A stretch of 64,000 nucleotides of DNA from Phyllosticta citribraziliensis (lineage: Eukaryota): assembly GCF_038025025.1 (NCBI RefSeq), contig NW_027117347.1, forward strand, positions 1,798,001 to 1,862,000. Direction: 5' to 3'. The position numbers and the translations under genes were made by a program. Shown in pieces: positions 22,601-34,901 of the stretch (position 1 is the stretch's first letter; every line of letters begins with the position of its first letter). The notes under the pieces were generated by a model. The model was not told the DNA's origin, did no database searches, and saw only the letters and a list, made by a program, of their open reading frames with translations.

Positions 22601-23195
22601 TAGTACACACGGGCACCAAGCAAATACTTGAGAATTGAAATGTAAAGATCGATGATTGCCGAAGAAAGTTGTTCTTTGAGGTTGCTTTGATTCTTGAAAG
22701 ACATCTTCTCGATTTCGGCAAAGGTGGCGGCAGTCTTCGACACGATTTCAACACCCTCGCGCATCTGTTTGAACTTGTTCACATCGTTTACTGTTGCCTG
22801 CACGATGATGCGTCAGACCTAAGCGTCCAGATTTCGCTGGAGATGCTTACTTGAAGTATAAATCCCACGGCTGCCCAGGGAATCGACGCGTACCCTGGAG
22901 CGAGGGATATGGCAGCATCGCCAAGGGCTTTGAACTTCGTGATATGTCCGGCAATACTCGCGAGCGAGTCCTGGAGTTTGACTTCTTCGCCATCGTCTCT
23001 TGTGTATAGGACATGATCCTTGCTCTCGCAACGGTCAATTTGGGCCTCGATATCGGACAACAGGTTTGGCAGCAGCAACGATCCAGGCTGAAGGGTTTTC
23101 GAGATTTGTGTTTGTTCTGCTTTGGTGAGGTGTTGGAATGCTTCCTCCCAGCGTGAAGCAGGCCACGGCGGGCCGCCTGTGTCGACAGGTGGCAT
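19644..23195 (-). CDS. NACHT + ankyrin-repeat NLR-like protein with helical N-terminal domain and an extra C-terminal beta-rich domain
   Basis: N-terminus 'RWEEAFQHL..ASIPWAAVGFILQ', Walker A GPPGFGKT, Walker B FVVDGFDEC, 'SDGMFLW', 'VHFSVKEYL', ankyrin repeats 'GFPLQAAAHGG', 'NALIAAA', 'GRTALHLAC'. The 5' exons can be joined by GT-AG introns. Confidence 0.92.
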
Positions 23196-24242
23196 TGCGA
23201 TTGCTTGATCCCGAAGCGAACTGGACGACTGCGGCTCCGCAATATAAGAGCGGTTCTCCGACGGTTTTGGGGTCCAAAAGGCGGGCGCTTTGAAGCGTGC
23301 TGCGCAACCGAAGGCCCTGTTGCTGACTCCACAGTCCCCACACCGGACCAACACCGCCCTATCGAAAAGAACGCTGATTGCTCCGGCTATCTTCGAACGT
23401 TTGCAGATCCAAGCGATGTAGGCTGACGGAGAGAGACTTAGTGCAGGTATGTATTGGCTGATAAGGGCTACACGCGCGCACGCGCACACGAAAAAGGACC
23501 CGCAGCGCCTATCAAAAGAGAAAATGACTCCTGCAACTGCGACCGCACGTAAGAAGGCCCAACACACGATCAAAGTTGCGCCTTGGGGCTGCAATCTGTT
23601 GAAGCCAGGTCCGGTTGGTGCGCTGTCGCTCAGTGCCATAACTGCGCTTCCGGGGCTTTGATTTGCTGCCACAACCGTGCCTAGAAATTTTCAGGCTCCG
23701 ACGTACGCCGCGACGCAAATAAACTACTGGCCGAGCCGTTACTGATCAGTGTCCCACTCCACTTAGACGTCGACGTCTCGAAATCACCTTGGCTGACGGC
23801 ATTTGGGCCCTTCCAAATTGCGTTTGCGGTATTCTGACGATCGCGCCATCGCCATATTTTCGATTGCAGCGTGAAAAGCAGCGATTTCGGCTCGAGAATG
23901 CGGGAATCGACAGATTGGACAAGAAGGAAAGGTTGAGAGCGAGTCTATATGAACAAGGGGGTGGGTCCCCATAAACGTGTCTATCGTAGATATACAGGGC
24001 AGAGAGTCCAAAGCAAATCGTTCAAGCCGTCAAAACGAGTCCGTCTATGCTTCATTGACCCCCATTCGTCGCAGTCAATGCCGACGCCCATGGCCCATGA
24101 ACCGAGCGCCGAAAACGCCATGCTGTTGCACTTGCAGTCTAAAGCCAGTCCCGAAGAGAAGAGAGGTCGAAGAGGAAGATGAAGAAGGGAAGAAACTGGA
24201 AGGGTATCGATGAAAAGCAACGAGCAATGCCAATCACGTCCT

Positions 24243-25770
24243 CTACACCTTGGTCTTCAGTTTGACGCCGGCAACAGCGATTCTACTCGCGGCGATGACC
24301 AGACTGCCCGATATTTGCATGACACCACAGAATACCTTCAAGCCTGTGAAGCTGCCGTTGTTGGCGCTGACGATTTGGCCGCCGATCGGGTTGCTGATGA
24401 GGGCTGCGATGCTGATGGCTGCGAACATACTTCCGGTGCGAACGCCAATCTTCCTCACATCCGAGATTTGCGCAATGCACGCCGGAAGCATGCTGACGAA
24501 GGCTCCTGAGCCGAAACCGTAGGCGGCAGCAAAGACGATGAGGGCAGCGTTGGAAGATGCAGGAATCCAGAGGGCGAGGTCCAAGATACCGGTCGCCAGA
24601 CAGAGGACGATCATGACGTTGAAGCGGCCGATCTTGTCGCCGACATATCCAGGGAGCACACGGCCAAAGAGCGACAGCGCGTTCAGGATGGGAATGATGT
24701 AGGCGGCCAACCGGGTCGACATACCCTCGGCAGTAGCTTGGACGATGAGGTAGTTGATTGGGATGAACATGCCCATGAAGAAGAGAAAGGCGCCGAGGGT
24801 GAGGAGCACAAACGTCGGTTCCGTGAAAGGGAGGAGGAATTCTACCGGCTGGAAGGGCTTCTTCATAGGGGGGATGCGCGACTTGACGGTCAGGTTGGCA
24901 ACGACGAGCAAGCCCAGCATGAGGAATCCAGAAACGCGCATGGCCCAGCCGAAGCCGATAGAGGAGACGAGGTGGTCCGTCATGATGGGAAAGACGATGC
25001 CGCCGGTGGAGGATCCGGCGGCCATGATTCCAAAGGCGAGGGCGCGCTTGCGGAAGAACCACGTGGTGAGCGAAGACATGCCGGCGTAGAAGATCATGCT
25101 GGTTCCGATCGGGGAGCAGATTCCTTGGGCCAGGATGAACTGGTAGTACTCTGTGCAGAGGGACGTCATCATGATTCCGAACACGTGAAGCAGAGAACCG
25201 AAGAAGAGGATGCCACGCGGACCGTAGTTGTCGTAGAGCTTGCCGATGAATGGGCCCTGTCATGCGTTAGTTTTTTTCTTTGGACTGAGGTTGAGAGACG
25301 CTTACGCCAAAGAACATCATAAAGACTTCGAGCGAAGGAATCCACGACACGGTACTGGACGAGTAGTTTCTCAACATGTGCGTCTGGTAGTACTCCTGGA
25401 ACACGCCGACGGTGTTGATCCAGCCAAAGCTGCAGAAGAGACAGCAAAAACCACCGACACAGCAGAGCCATGCAGACAAGCCGCCGTCAGGGAAGGCCTT
25501 GGGATCCATCATGGGGTTGCCGGGCGGCGGAGCGGCTCCTTTCTCGACATCCTGGGGAGCCTGCGGGAGCGATTCCACTTCGGGCAGGATGCTGGCATCG
25601 GTGGCTTTGGGGTCGCGGTGTTCCTTGTGTGACGACAGGCTGGCGGCGTCGGCGGACATGGTTTGGCGGGCGTCGTGCTCGACGGCTTTGGCCTTGACAG
25701 ACTCGTCGGAGAGAGAAGGCATGGACATGGAGGGCTCGGTCATTTTTGGGGGGTTTGTGGCGGTCGACAT
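24243..25770 (-). CDS. MFS monocarboxylate-permease-like transporter (MCH4/MCH5 family)
   Basis: 'FPDGGLSAW', 'GVFQEYY', 'TTWFFRKRALAFGIMAAGSSTGG', 'GRVLPGYVGDKIGRFN'. Many hydrophobic segments and one intron at ~25305-25257. Confidence 0.9.
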
Positions 25771-28700
25771 GATGGATTGCCTCGTGACCGGGGGTTGGAG
25801 ATGGGTGCGAGACCTGGTGGACCTGTTCGGACAAAGGACGCAAGGAGAGGCAGGCGCGCCGGAGTGGGGTGGAGTGGTCGACGGGGCAGCGTAGTCTCTT
25901 CAGAAGTCGTCGACGAGGAGGATGGCGTACTGGGGATGCTGGATGAGCAGGCTGAGGCTGGGCGGGAGGAGTGCCAATTTATGTGGCTCGCAAGCCGTGG
26001 GACGGTGGCGCGCCATGATTTGGAGGCTTCAGTGTCAATGCAACCAGGGCAGCTCCGCACGCGTCGGGACCGAAGCGGACACAATGAAAAAAAAGACGTT
26101 ATGCAGCTCGGAGCGGTGCTGGAGTCGGAGTTAAGGGAGAGGGCGAGGGAGGTGACAATTCGACGGGAATAGCGTGCTGAGCGGCGCCGTCAGCAATTGT
26201 GTGTGGGTCGTGGTGGTGGTGGTGGTGGTTGTGGTTGGCCCCGGCCTAGTACTCGCCCTCGCCCTCGCCCTTGCGCCGACACCGAGACCGAACATCTACA
26301 CGTCGACCTCCCATCCCGTCGCAACATCACCACCTCCCATCGCCCATGCTCAAGATGAGACTGCCTCCATGCCAACACGGGCGCCAGAACCGCAATTCCC
26401 CAAGGGGCTGACTCGTCGACGACATTCCGACCCTTTTTCCTCGTCCATTTCGTCGTCCCGCCAATCACAACCCGCGTCGCCATGCACACTCGACCACAAT
26501 CGGTTTCCTTGGAACAACCCTATGCACGCCAGGCCAGCGACCAGCCTGGACGCAGGTCAGCCATGAGCCATCCGAGCGCCATCTGCATCACCGAGACAGG
26601 ATTCTCCACCCTTTTGGATTCGGCCCCCGCCCGCGCGCCCCTCCTCCTCCAGGCACTCGTCTGCCTCGTGATGCTGAGCCAGCGGCCGTGGAAAAAGGAA
26701 CCCCTCTCCGATATTGCGACGACCAAGCAATCTTGACGTGGCTGCTCGAACCTGAGATCGTGCTCACCTAGCTGGGCCGTTTGCCGGCTCGCGCGTCCTC
26801 TCGCTCGACCAACCACCACCGTTCCAGAAGCCAACAGCAGAACAAGCAACGAAGCCGACAGGGCTCTGTCTGCGCCGCCGCTATCGGCTGCAAGATTTCG
26901 CCCACGGCCCGTCGCAACTTTCCAGCCCCGTCATGCCCGTCTCTCGCGACCGAACGATCCTAATTCCACAGCTCTCGCGCCTGCTCGGTCCGCCCTCCCC
27001 GCCTGCGATGGACCGGCAGCGGGAGATGGTCCCCGCGTGAGCCCAAGAATCCCAGACAACGCGCTACGGGCCATCTGCCGTCCTTGGTCCTGTCTTTTGC
27101 GCCTGGCGGTCGCCCGCCGTGATTGGGTCGTGTTGCACGCCACAAATGCTTGGATGCGCCAGCCGAGACATGGCACTGGAGCATAAGGAACTTCCATACC
27201 TGGAGAGGTGCGCTCACGGTAGGAGTCGTGTGACGGGCTGACGGGCGGAGCGGAGAGACGGAGCGACGGACTGAGGCAATCCCGCATGGAAGAGATGGGG
27301 GGCGGGGCCAATCAGAGCACGTGTAGAGTCGCCGTGTCGGTGGTGTCATTTCTGACGCTGTTCTCAGCCCTGTCTGGCCTGAGTGTGACCTCGCTGTTGG
27401 TCTCTGGTTTGTTTTGTCGACTCCGTTTATTTGCTCTCCCTTTTTGTTTTTGGATCGAGGCATCTCCATCTTTCCGTGGTCCTCGCCCTCCTGAGCATTC
27501 TCCTGAGTCTTCGAAGGCACTCTTCCTTTTCTTCTTCCTCTCCTTTCCACTCTTCTTCTCCTTGCCACTCACACCCCGCTACTGACCCGACTTCTCGTCT
27601 TGACGCAACACCAAACCCACAGTCGATCATCAACTCGAAGCGCTTGGTCAGGACGCTGGATGTCGTGCAACCACCGATCTAAGCGAGCTGCGCATCGCAC
27701 GTTCCCTCTTTCCGCACCCTCAGGTCGGAAGGACCAGCGAGCTGGATTTCGTGGCAGAGCGCTCAGGCACGCCGGGGTGCGGGAGGCCTACGCACGGAGC
27801 TGGTATGGCGCTCAAATCCAACGCCATATCCACCCCTCTGCTCAAAATCAGTGGAGGATGAAGATTCAGGCTGGTTTTCCGTGGACCAGCCAGCTGCACG
27901 GCAACGTCAGTCAGTCAGTCTGAACCAGGGATGCGGCCCGCCGCCGCTGCAGCAAAGAGAAACGGGCACGACGTGCGCCCATTGATATTTATGTTGCTGC
28001 TGTGGTGCGGCCAGCGCAGCGTAGACGGCCCTTGGACGCAACGCAGCGACAGGAAGAAATGTGCGTTTCCAGAAGGACAGACAAAGACAGACGCAGGGGC
28101 AGAGCTTGAGGTAAGTACAGGTACGTAAGGTAGCCACCTCCTCACCAATCAACCCGCCGCGAGGCCCAGAAGCCGGTTCCCCTCGACGCGTACGAGCGAG
28201 CGACCGCACGACACACACTCGGCGCACGAAGCACGCGTATCGTACCAGCGACATGCGGACCGCGCCACTCTATTTCGACTCGTCCAGTCGATTCGATTCG
28301 CTCCAGCGCATCCACCGCATGCCGTGCAGCAGCTCCTGCTGCAAAAGAAGGAGAAGAACCGCGATGGCATCAGATGTTCGGCAGCAGCCCACTGCACCAT
28401 GTCTAAACAGACGCAGGCGCGGATGCATGTGCCTGCGCCTCTTTTCTCCCGCGCAAGGCGCGGTGTGTTGCAGGCGTCTCGCTGGCCGCGGAGATTTCCG
28501 TCTGCTGCCGGCCGCCCTTTTGAGATGGACGTGGGTCGCGCACCATTGTGTCAGGCGAGGCCAGAGCTGGAGACGCCATCGCTGCTGGTCGCGCATGCAC
28601 GTTGTCTGTTGGAGACGTCGACGCCGTCGGTGGCGCAACGGCCTGTGCGTTTGCGGTTGCTGGAGGGCTCGGCGTTGTAGCGAGCGGTGCGCCTTCGATT

Positions 28701-28954
28701 GGACGTCTGGAAGACCGTCAGCTGTAGTAGGTGTTTATAGGGGCAGTGACGTAGCGTCGAAAGAAGCTATGTACAAGACTGACCCCTCTCGCTCTCCAAG
28801 TAACCGGTTTAGCGCGTGAGTAAAATAAGTGGTAGGAGGGAAAAACTCTCCGAACAGCTACATGTGTACTTCTATCTTCTACGAATCAAATTCACATTGA
28901 GGGCGTCTATGTCTGGCATCTCCATATCCATTTCCATCTCCCAGTCCATTCTTT

Positions 28955-30285
28955 TCAAAACCCCTCGCCCAACATGACCGTCTCGCCACCACCGCCATAC
29001 CACAGCGTGCCCATACGACAATCCAACCCCTTCCCCTCGCCAACAACCCACTCACCACCATCCCTGATCCCCTTCGACCCCTCCCCATCCCTTTCCGCAT
29101 CATCATCATCATTACTCTCGTCCCTCGGCCAAAACTCCCTCTTCAACCACGCATTAATCTCCTCCACCGTCCTCATAAACGCCTGCACGCGCGGCCCATC
29201 AACACCCTTCGCCTCATCGCCATCAACGAAGAAGTCGCGCGCCTCAATGAACCGCGCAATTGTCAGGTGCGCGCTCGGCACGACGTAGCGGCTGCCAACG
29301 TGAACGCCGGCGCGCGAGGCGAGGTCGTAGAGGTCGCGGCGGAGGTGGTGGTACGAGAAGGCGTCGTCCTCTGCGCTGCGGGGGCGGCCGGCGTTGTCGT
29401 GCGTCGCGGGAGAAGAAGAGCGGCGGACGAGGCCTTCGCCGGCCGCGGGGAGGAAGGACAGCGCGAGGGCGGAGGCGTCGAACGAGAGGAGCGGCTTGAC
29501 GAGGCGGGCGCGGTGGGTCGAGGTGTACGAGGTGATGGTGGCGAGGTGTGGGCGCAGAGTTTCGATGAGTGGCGGGATGGCTTCGGGCGGTTGCGAGTGC
29601 GTTATTTCGAGCGCGGTCATGTGGAGGGAGGATGGTGGCATGTGCCAGAGGTCTGCGTGGTGCCGTGTGAGTGGGCTGGCTTGAGAACGAAAAGTATAAA
29701 GGTACAAAGGGAGCATCGATGTTGCCGACAATGGAAACCAAAAGCACAGCAAAGGCCACCATGAGCCAAAACAAGACCACACTTACTAGGCACAACGCTC
29801 CCCACCCTCCTCTGCACCTCCGCGACCAAATTCTTGATCTTCTGCGGCGGCCGGGCCCAAAACACCAAGCAATGCCGCGTATCCCTGAAGCCCGGCTCAA
29901 TGTCCGGACGCTCCAAGCGCAGCAAAATCGGATCGACACTGACGCCCTTGAAGTCGGACGAGAGCAGCTTCTCCTTCTGCTGTGCATTGCGGCCTTCACG
30001 GTGCGCCGAGTAGCGCGCCTGGAGCTGCTTCTGGGGATGTGTTAGCACGGAGATTCACTTTGGGCAGCAAGACCGGGCATTTCAAGTTCAGCAGACATGG
30101 GTGTTGGATGGATCTGGAGTATGCATGGCATGCGGAGGGCCTACCACATCACCACTAGCAGCATCAATGAGCGCATCATACGGATTCGACGATGACGACG
30201 CGCTGCCCGCGCCGGATGCCACGCCACTGAAGTCGTTGTACTCGGGCGTGACGGTGGGCTGGCTGGAGGAGTTGTTCGATGCCAT
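28955..30285 (-). CDS. 2H phosphoesterase (LigT / cyclic phosphodiesterase-like) protein
   Basis: Two HxT motifs, 'LHMTALE' and 'AHLTIARF'; 'DTRHCLVFWARPP'. Three exons from ORFs 30088-30411, 29617-30048 and 28955-29782; ATG 30285. Confidence 0.75.
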
Positions 30286-30363
30286 CGGATTCTGGATCCT
30301 AACGTTCCGATTCCAAAGCTCTTCTCTTCCTTTCTCTTCTCTCCCGTCCTTCCAGATGGACAA

Positions 30364-30610
30364 ATGGATGGATGGATGGATGGATGGATGCTCGTTCTGA
30401 CCAGATAGCAATCCCGTCTCAACGACCCAGCGCTCCCCGCTCTTTCCACTACCGTCAACCCACAGCTGACGAGCTCCGCTGACCGAAAGTCGGACTTACA
30501 AACAAGCTTCACCAAGCGCGCGACAGTCTCTTGGCGCAATAACAATCCGGCGAGTCGTGGTGATCAACAGCCGTTGGTCGGTCGGTCGGTCGGTCGGTCG
30601 GTCGGTCGGT
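30364..30610 (+). repeat. Two tetranucleotide microsatellites: (ATGG)n 30364-30390 and (GGTC)n 30576-30610
   Basis: Directly visible, upstream of the 2H gene. Confidence 0.85.
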
Positions 30611-31169
30611 ACGTGGGACGTTCGTTCGTTGTGGCCGAGGCCGAGGTGCGCGGTCGAACAGCGAAAGAGGTCCCTGCATGCCGCCAGATCGCCCGCTAGC
30701 GAGGAAGGGACGGCGCTATCTTTTTTGGCTGCGCCAAACACCAAATACCACTCGTCCACTGACGTTTTGGTGACCGCGCCACGGGCCCTGACCTGGTCGC
30801 TGTCATCTCCGCTGCTGCGCGAATTTTGATCAAGCCCGGGCACGACGCCGAGTTTTCAGTCGGTGAGACTGCCTGGCTTGGGTGGAGAAACTTGAAGGTA
30901 CTGGTGAGGTTGCATTGGATGGCTTGACTGTCAATGAGAGCCCGGCGCTGTCTCCGTCTTGTCGCGCAAAGACATCCAGGACTGTGTACAAACTGCCATT
31001 GGCGCTACGACTGGAAAACTATACACAGTGGTTGAAGCAGGCGTGTATGTACCTCGCGCATCCCTCGCCCGTCCCATCCCGTCTATTTTTCCTCCGACCG
31101 CTAGTAAGACAGAAAACAAGAATACACAATTACAAGAAACCGAAACGGCATTTACAGGTCGCTCAAGCT

Positions 31170-33881
31170 TCAGCCCTTCATGCCGTCCTTCAACCCTCCT
31201 TTCCATCCATTTTCTCCCGCGCTCATGCGCATGGCAAAGCTGATGGCGACTGCAACCAGCAGGCCGATGCACAGCGCCGTCGGTCCGTACTTGTCGTGAT
31301 ATCGGACCGCTCTCCTGTTCCGGATCTTGTCCACGCGCCACAGGTACAGGCCCATCGAGTATATGAGCGCAATGCACGCAACGATGGTGAAGGCCCAGGC
31401 AGATGCAAGAGCCACGCCGTCGCCAAAGTTGAGCAGCGTGGCCGCAATGCTGCCGAGGATGATGCTGAATTCCAACCACGACAGGAACGTTCGCTCGGCG
31501 GCGAAAAAGACCTTGGGCTCGACGCGCACTGGAACGTGGATTCGTTTTCCCTTTGGCGCCTTGAATCTCTTCACCTCTCCTACACCACGCGGCACGCCCA
31601 CGGTGCCATTGGACGCGACTGGCATGGGTGTGGCATGAGGCTTTGGAGTCAGGTTGCAGATGAAATGCCAGGTGCGCTCGGCGGCCAGAGTCACGTTGTG
31701 TTCCACGAGCTTGCGGCGATACGTCCATCCACCAACACGCTTGGCCTCCTCGAGGTCATCGGATTCATCCTCCGAGTCGTAGAGCGGGTAGTCGTCTTCG
31801 GGGTGGGGAATTGGACGTGCCGCAATGCGTTCTTCAATATCCAGCTCGTTGGGGCCGGGCTCGCGGTTGTTCGCGTGGTTTCCATTGACCGGAGGAGTTC
31901 CGTTGCCGTTCTGGAAAGCGAGGTCGCGGCGTTGCTCCTCGTCGTGCTGTTCCATCATGTCGCGAGCAGCACGAAGGCGCTTCATGCCTTCGTCGTCGGA
32001 TCCATCGTTTTCCGGGAGCACGAAGTTGTCCTCGATGTCTGATTCGTCGTCATCGTCAAATGGGCCGCTGGTCGAAATATCGGCAGACTGGTTGGGACGC
32101 TCGATCCCGAAGCGGTGGGAAATGGGCTTGCGGATATCCACGTCCATCTGCGGCATCCAAAACGGCAGGAGATGGATTCGCTTGGGCTGCAATGTAGCGG
32201 TTCCGTGAATGAACTTGCTGAACTTGGGTACCGCCTCGACCAAGTGGCTGGCAATGAGCTCACGGATCCATTGAGGTGGCTCCTGGCCCATCTGCGTCTG
32301 CAGCTTGACCTCCAAAACGGCGTACGGGAAGCGCTCGACGTCCTCGGGCGGCAGCTGGGAAAACGGATAGTCGATTCCAATGTCCATACGACGCCAATTC
32401 TTTCCAGCCCTTTGCCTTCCGTCCAGGTTGTCTTCGCGAGTCATTGTTAGCTCCGTGTCGAGTGAGATGCGCACACGAGCGTCTCCTGGCAGCTGAAAGG
32501 CTGTGCGGTTGTAGAAGCTCCGCGTGACGGGAACAAGCTTGCGTGTAATGACCCGGTATTGAATTTCACGAGCAAGCTGCTCCAAGTCGGCGATTTCCTT
32601 TTCACCCTTCTTCCCCTCCTTCCGTATCTTTTCAAAAGCTTGTTCCACAGTCATCTTGCCAGCCAAGAAAGCATTGACATTCTTCTCCTTGAGAGAGAAA
32701 CGGGCCTTGACGGACTTTTCGCCAGTCCAGTCTTCGCGGTGAGTTTTTCTCTCGACGAAAATGGTGTCGGTATCCATGCCGCCATACCAGCGGAGACGAA
32801 TGGCCTCGGCGCCCTCGGTCTTTTTGAGACGTCCCGTGTACAGCTCCCAGGTATCCGTGTTGTCGTAATAGATGGATGAGATGGCCGAGTCCTTGGGATC
32901 AAACTCCTTGCTAGCATTGAAGACGAGCACCGGGAGATGCTTAAGGATGATGAGCTTCAGCTCCGTGATATTGTCCGGGTGCACCCAATACTTTGTCGTC
33001 TGGCGAACAAAGTTTTGTTGCCCCCCGCCTGCCGAAGAGTCGCCCTTGGTTGGGTTACCGCGTGTGCGGACAAGGTCATAGAGTCTCGAAAGCTTGACAA
33101 TGAATTCATCATAGTTGTCCTTGAAGAAGGGCTTCGCGCGAAGACGCGTAGCAAAGACAGGCTTGAGGTGCCATGATGTCACTTTCTGCTGGTTGTCAGA
33201 AGGGTTCTGCGGATAACATTATCCACTTCCCAGGTCTGCGCCGCACAGCTGTGCCGCAACCCCGTCGTGCAGAATTTTTCTCCCCAACTTGCAAAGATCT
33301 CCGCAGGGTACAAGATCGAGGAGAATTGACTTACGTCGTGCTTTTTGATAATTTTTTGGAAACCGGTGTAGTTGAGCTGGGTAAACTTGGCCAGGTCGTG
33401 GACGTCGGCAATGATGTCGCTGAGATCCTCTTCAAGCAGCATAAAGTCTTCTTCGGAAGGTGCCTCGACCTGAGCTCCGTTGTTTGTCTGCTCCGCGCGA
33501 GAGATGACATCGCTGACCTCCTTCTCTGAAGCCTTGATGCGGCGGACGATTTCCTGACTCTTGACCTGCTGAAAAGTGTGGACCTTGTCGAGCTCCTGCT
33601 CAAGCTCGCGCACGAAGCGCTGCTCGTCCTCCTCATTCCATTCGGCCGGTGGCTTGCGCTTGCTGCCAGCAGACTTGGCGACGGTGGAGGCGTCTCCGGG
33701 ACTGGACTTCTTGAGGCTGTCCTTGAGGTCGTCGTAGGAGATGTAGTAGTAATAACAGTCCTTGATCAGCGAGGTGCGGAGCTGCTGGCCGAACCTGAGG
33801 AAGCAACAGAGCAAGTCGGTCAGCGATTGGAGGGCGATGCGAGCAATGACGGCAGCTGTTGCAGGGGAGAACGCACCTCAT
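31170..33881 (-). CDS. VTC4: Vacuolar transporter chaperone 4 (polyphosphate polymerase; SPX + VTC + DUF202 TM)
   Basis: MR|FGQQL SPX start, 'LNYTGFQKIIKKHD', 'FVRQTTKYWVH', 'IRLRWYG', 'FVERKTHRE', 'VPKFSKFIHG', 'EPKVFFAAERTFLSW'. Confidence 0.96.
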
Positions 33882-34787
33882 CTTGGCGCGGGACGACGGG
33901 AAACCGTGTCACGGAGCGGGCGGAGAGCAGAGGCAAACAAGGCGGCCTCGGAACAATGGAGGGTGGAGAGGAGAGGCGAGACAGACTCGAGACAGCCCGA
34001 ACCCAAGGGCAGAAGAGTAGAGAGGTGAGATGACACGGCGGACCGGAGTGCGGAGGAGAGAGACCCAAGAGTCTTGGTAGACCAGCAACGAGGGTCATGG
34101 CTGTTTCGCTACCACCCTGTCCAATCACGGCCGGCGCTTGCCCACGTTGCTGATCCGTGCCATCTGGTCCGCCCTTGCGACGGGACGTCAACACCATCAA
34201 CACCTCTACTCCATCTTTCTACATGTACTTGCTCTCTCGGCGGTCGAGAATTGAGTCGGCTACGTTGAGATCAGTGGCGACTGCGCGTCACGAATTGAAG
34301 GCGCAAATTGCCGGCCACAGCAGGGTGGCTTCTCTCATGTGGCTTGCCGCCGCAATGACCACTCCAGCCGTCCTCTTTTTCGGAAAGAAAAAAGCAACCA
34401 TGCTGCAAACAGCCAGCTGAGCCATTGTCTCTCGTCATGGGTAGGTATGAAAAACACCTGGCAGTCAGGTCCAGACAATCGGCAAAATACTAGTGAGGAG
34501 CTCTCGTTGGCGAGAAATTTTCTCGTTCCTGGGAATTGAATTGCATGTGATGATGGTCGATCCGCGGACTGTGCCACAGCACTGAGGCGTTGGCGATGAT
34601 TCTGCCGGCTGGAGTGCCAGACACAGGCTTGGTGATTACTCGAATAGTGCGAAGGAGTGAAATGCAATGCTCGAGCTCTTCTCCTTCGTAGCATGGGAGG
34701 TGATGATGCAGGAGAGTTGGTTTGGTCAGAGTCGAGGTCAAGATTAGACCTAGATTAGATCATCAGATAATCCGTGCACGGACCATG

Positions 34788-34815
34788 ACGCGACTCTCGT
34801 CAACGCGTCTGCGCG
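34788..34815. promoter_or_regulatory. Candidate MCB (MluI cell-cycle box) cluster upstream of MSH2
   Basis: ACGCGA at 34788 and ACGCGT at 34803, ~100 bp upstream of the ATG. MSH2 is an MBF target in yeasts. Confidence 0.45.
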
Positions 34816-34901
34816 TCTCCCGCCTCCATTCTGACCTCACCTCCGACATCTTGTCTCGACTCATCACCAACGCGCCCGCTGCGCACCTCCATTGAAGCAA
34901 C

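Noticed and set aside
23196..23672. Upstream extension of ORF 22788-23672
   Set aside because: No domain-like features; NLR N-terminal homology starts at MPPVDT (23195).
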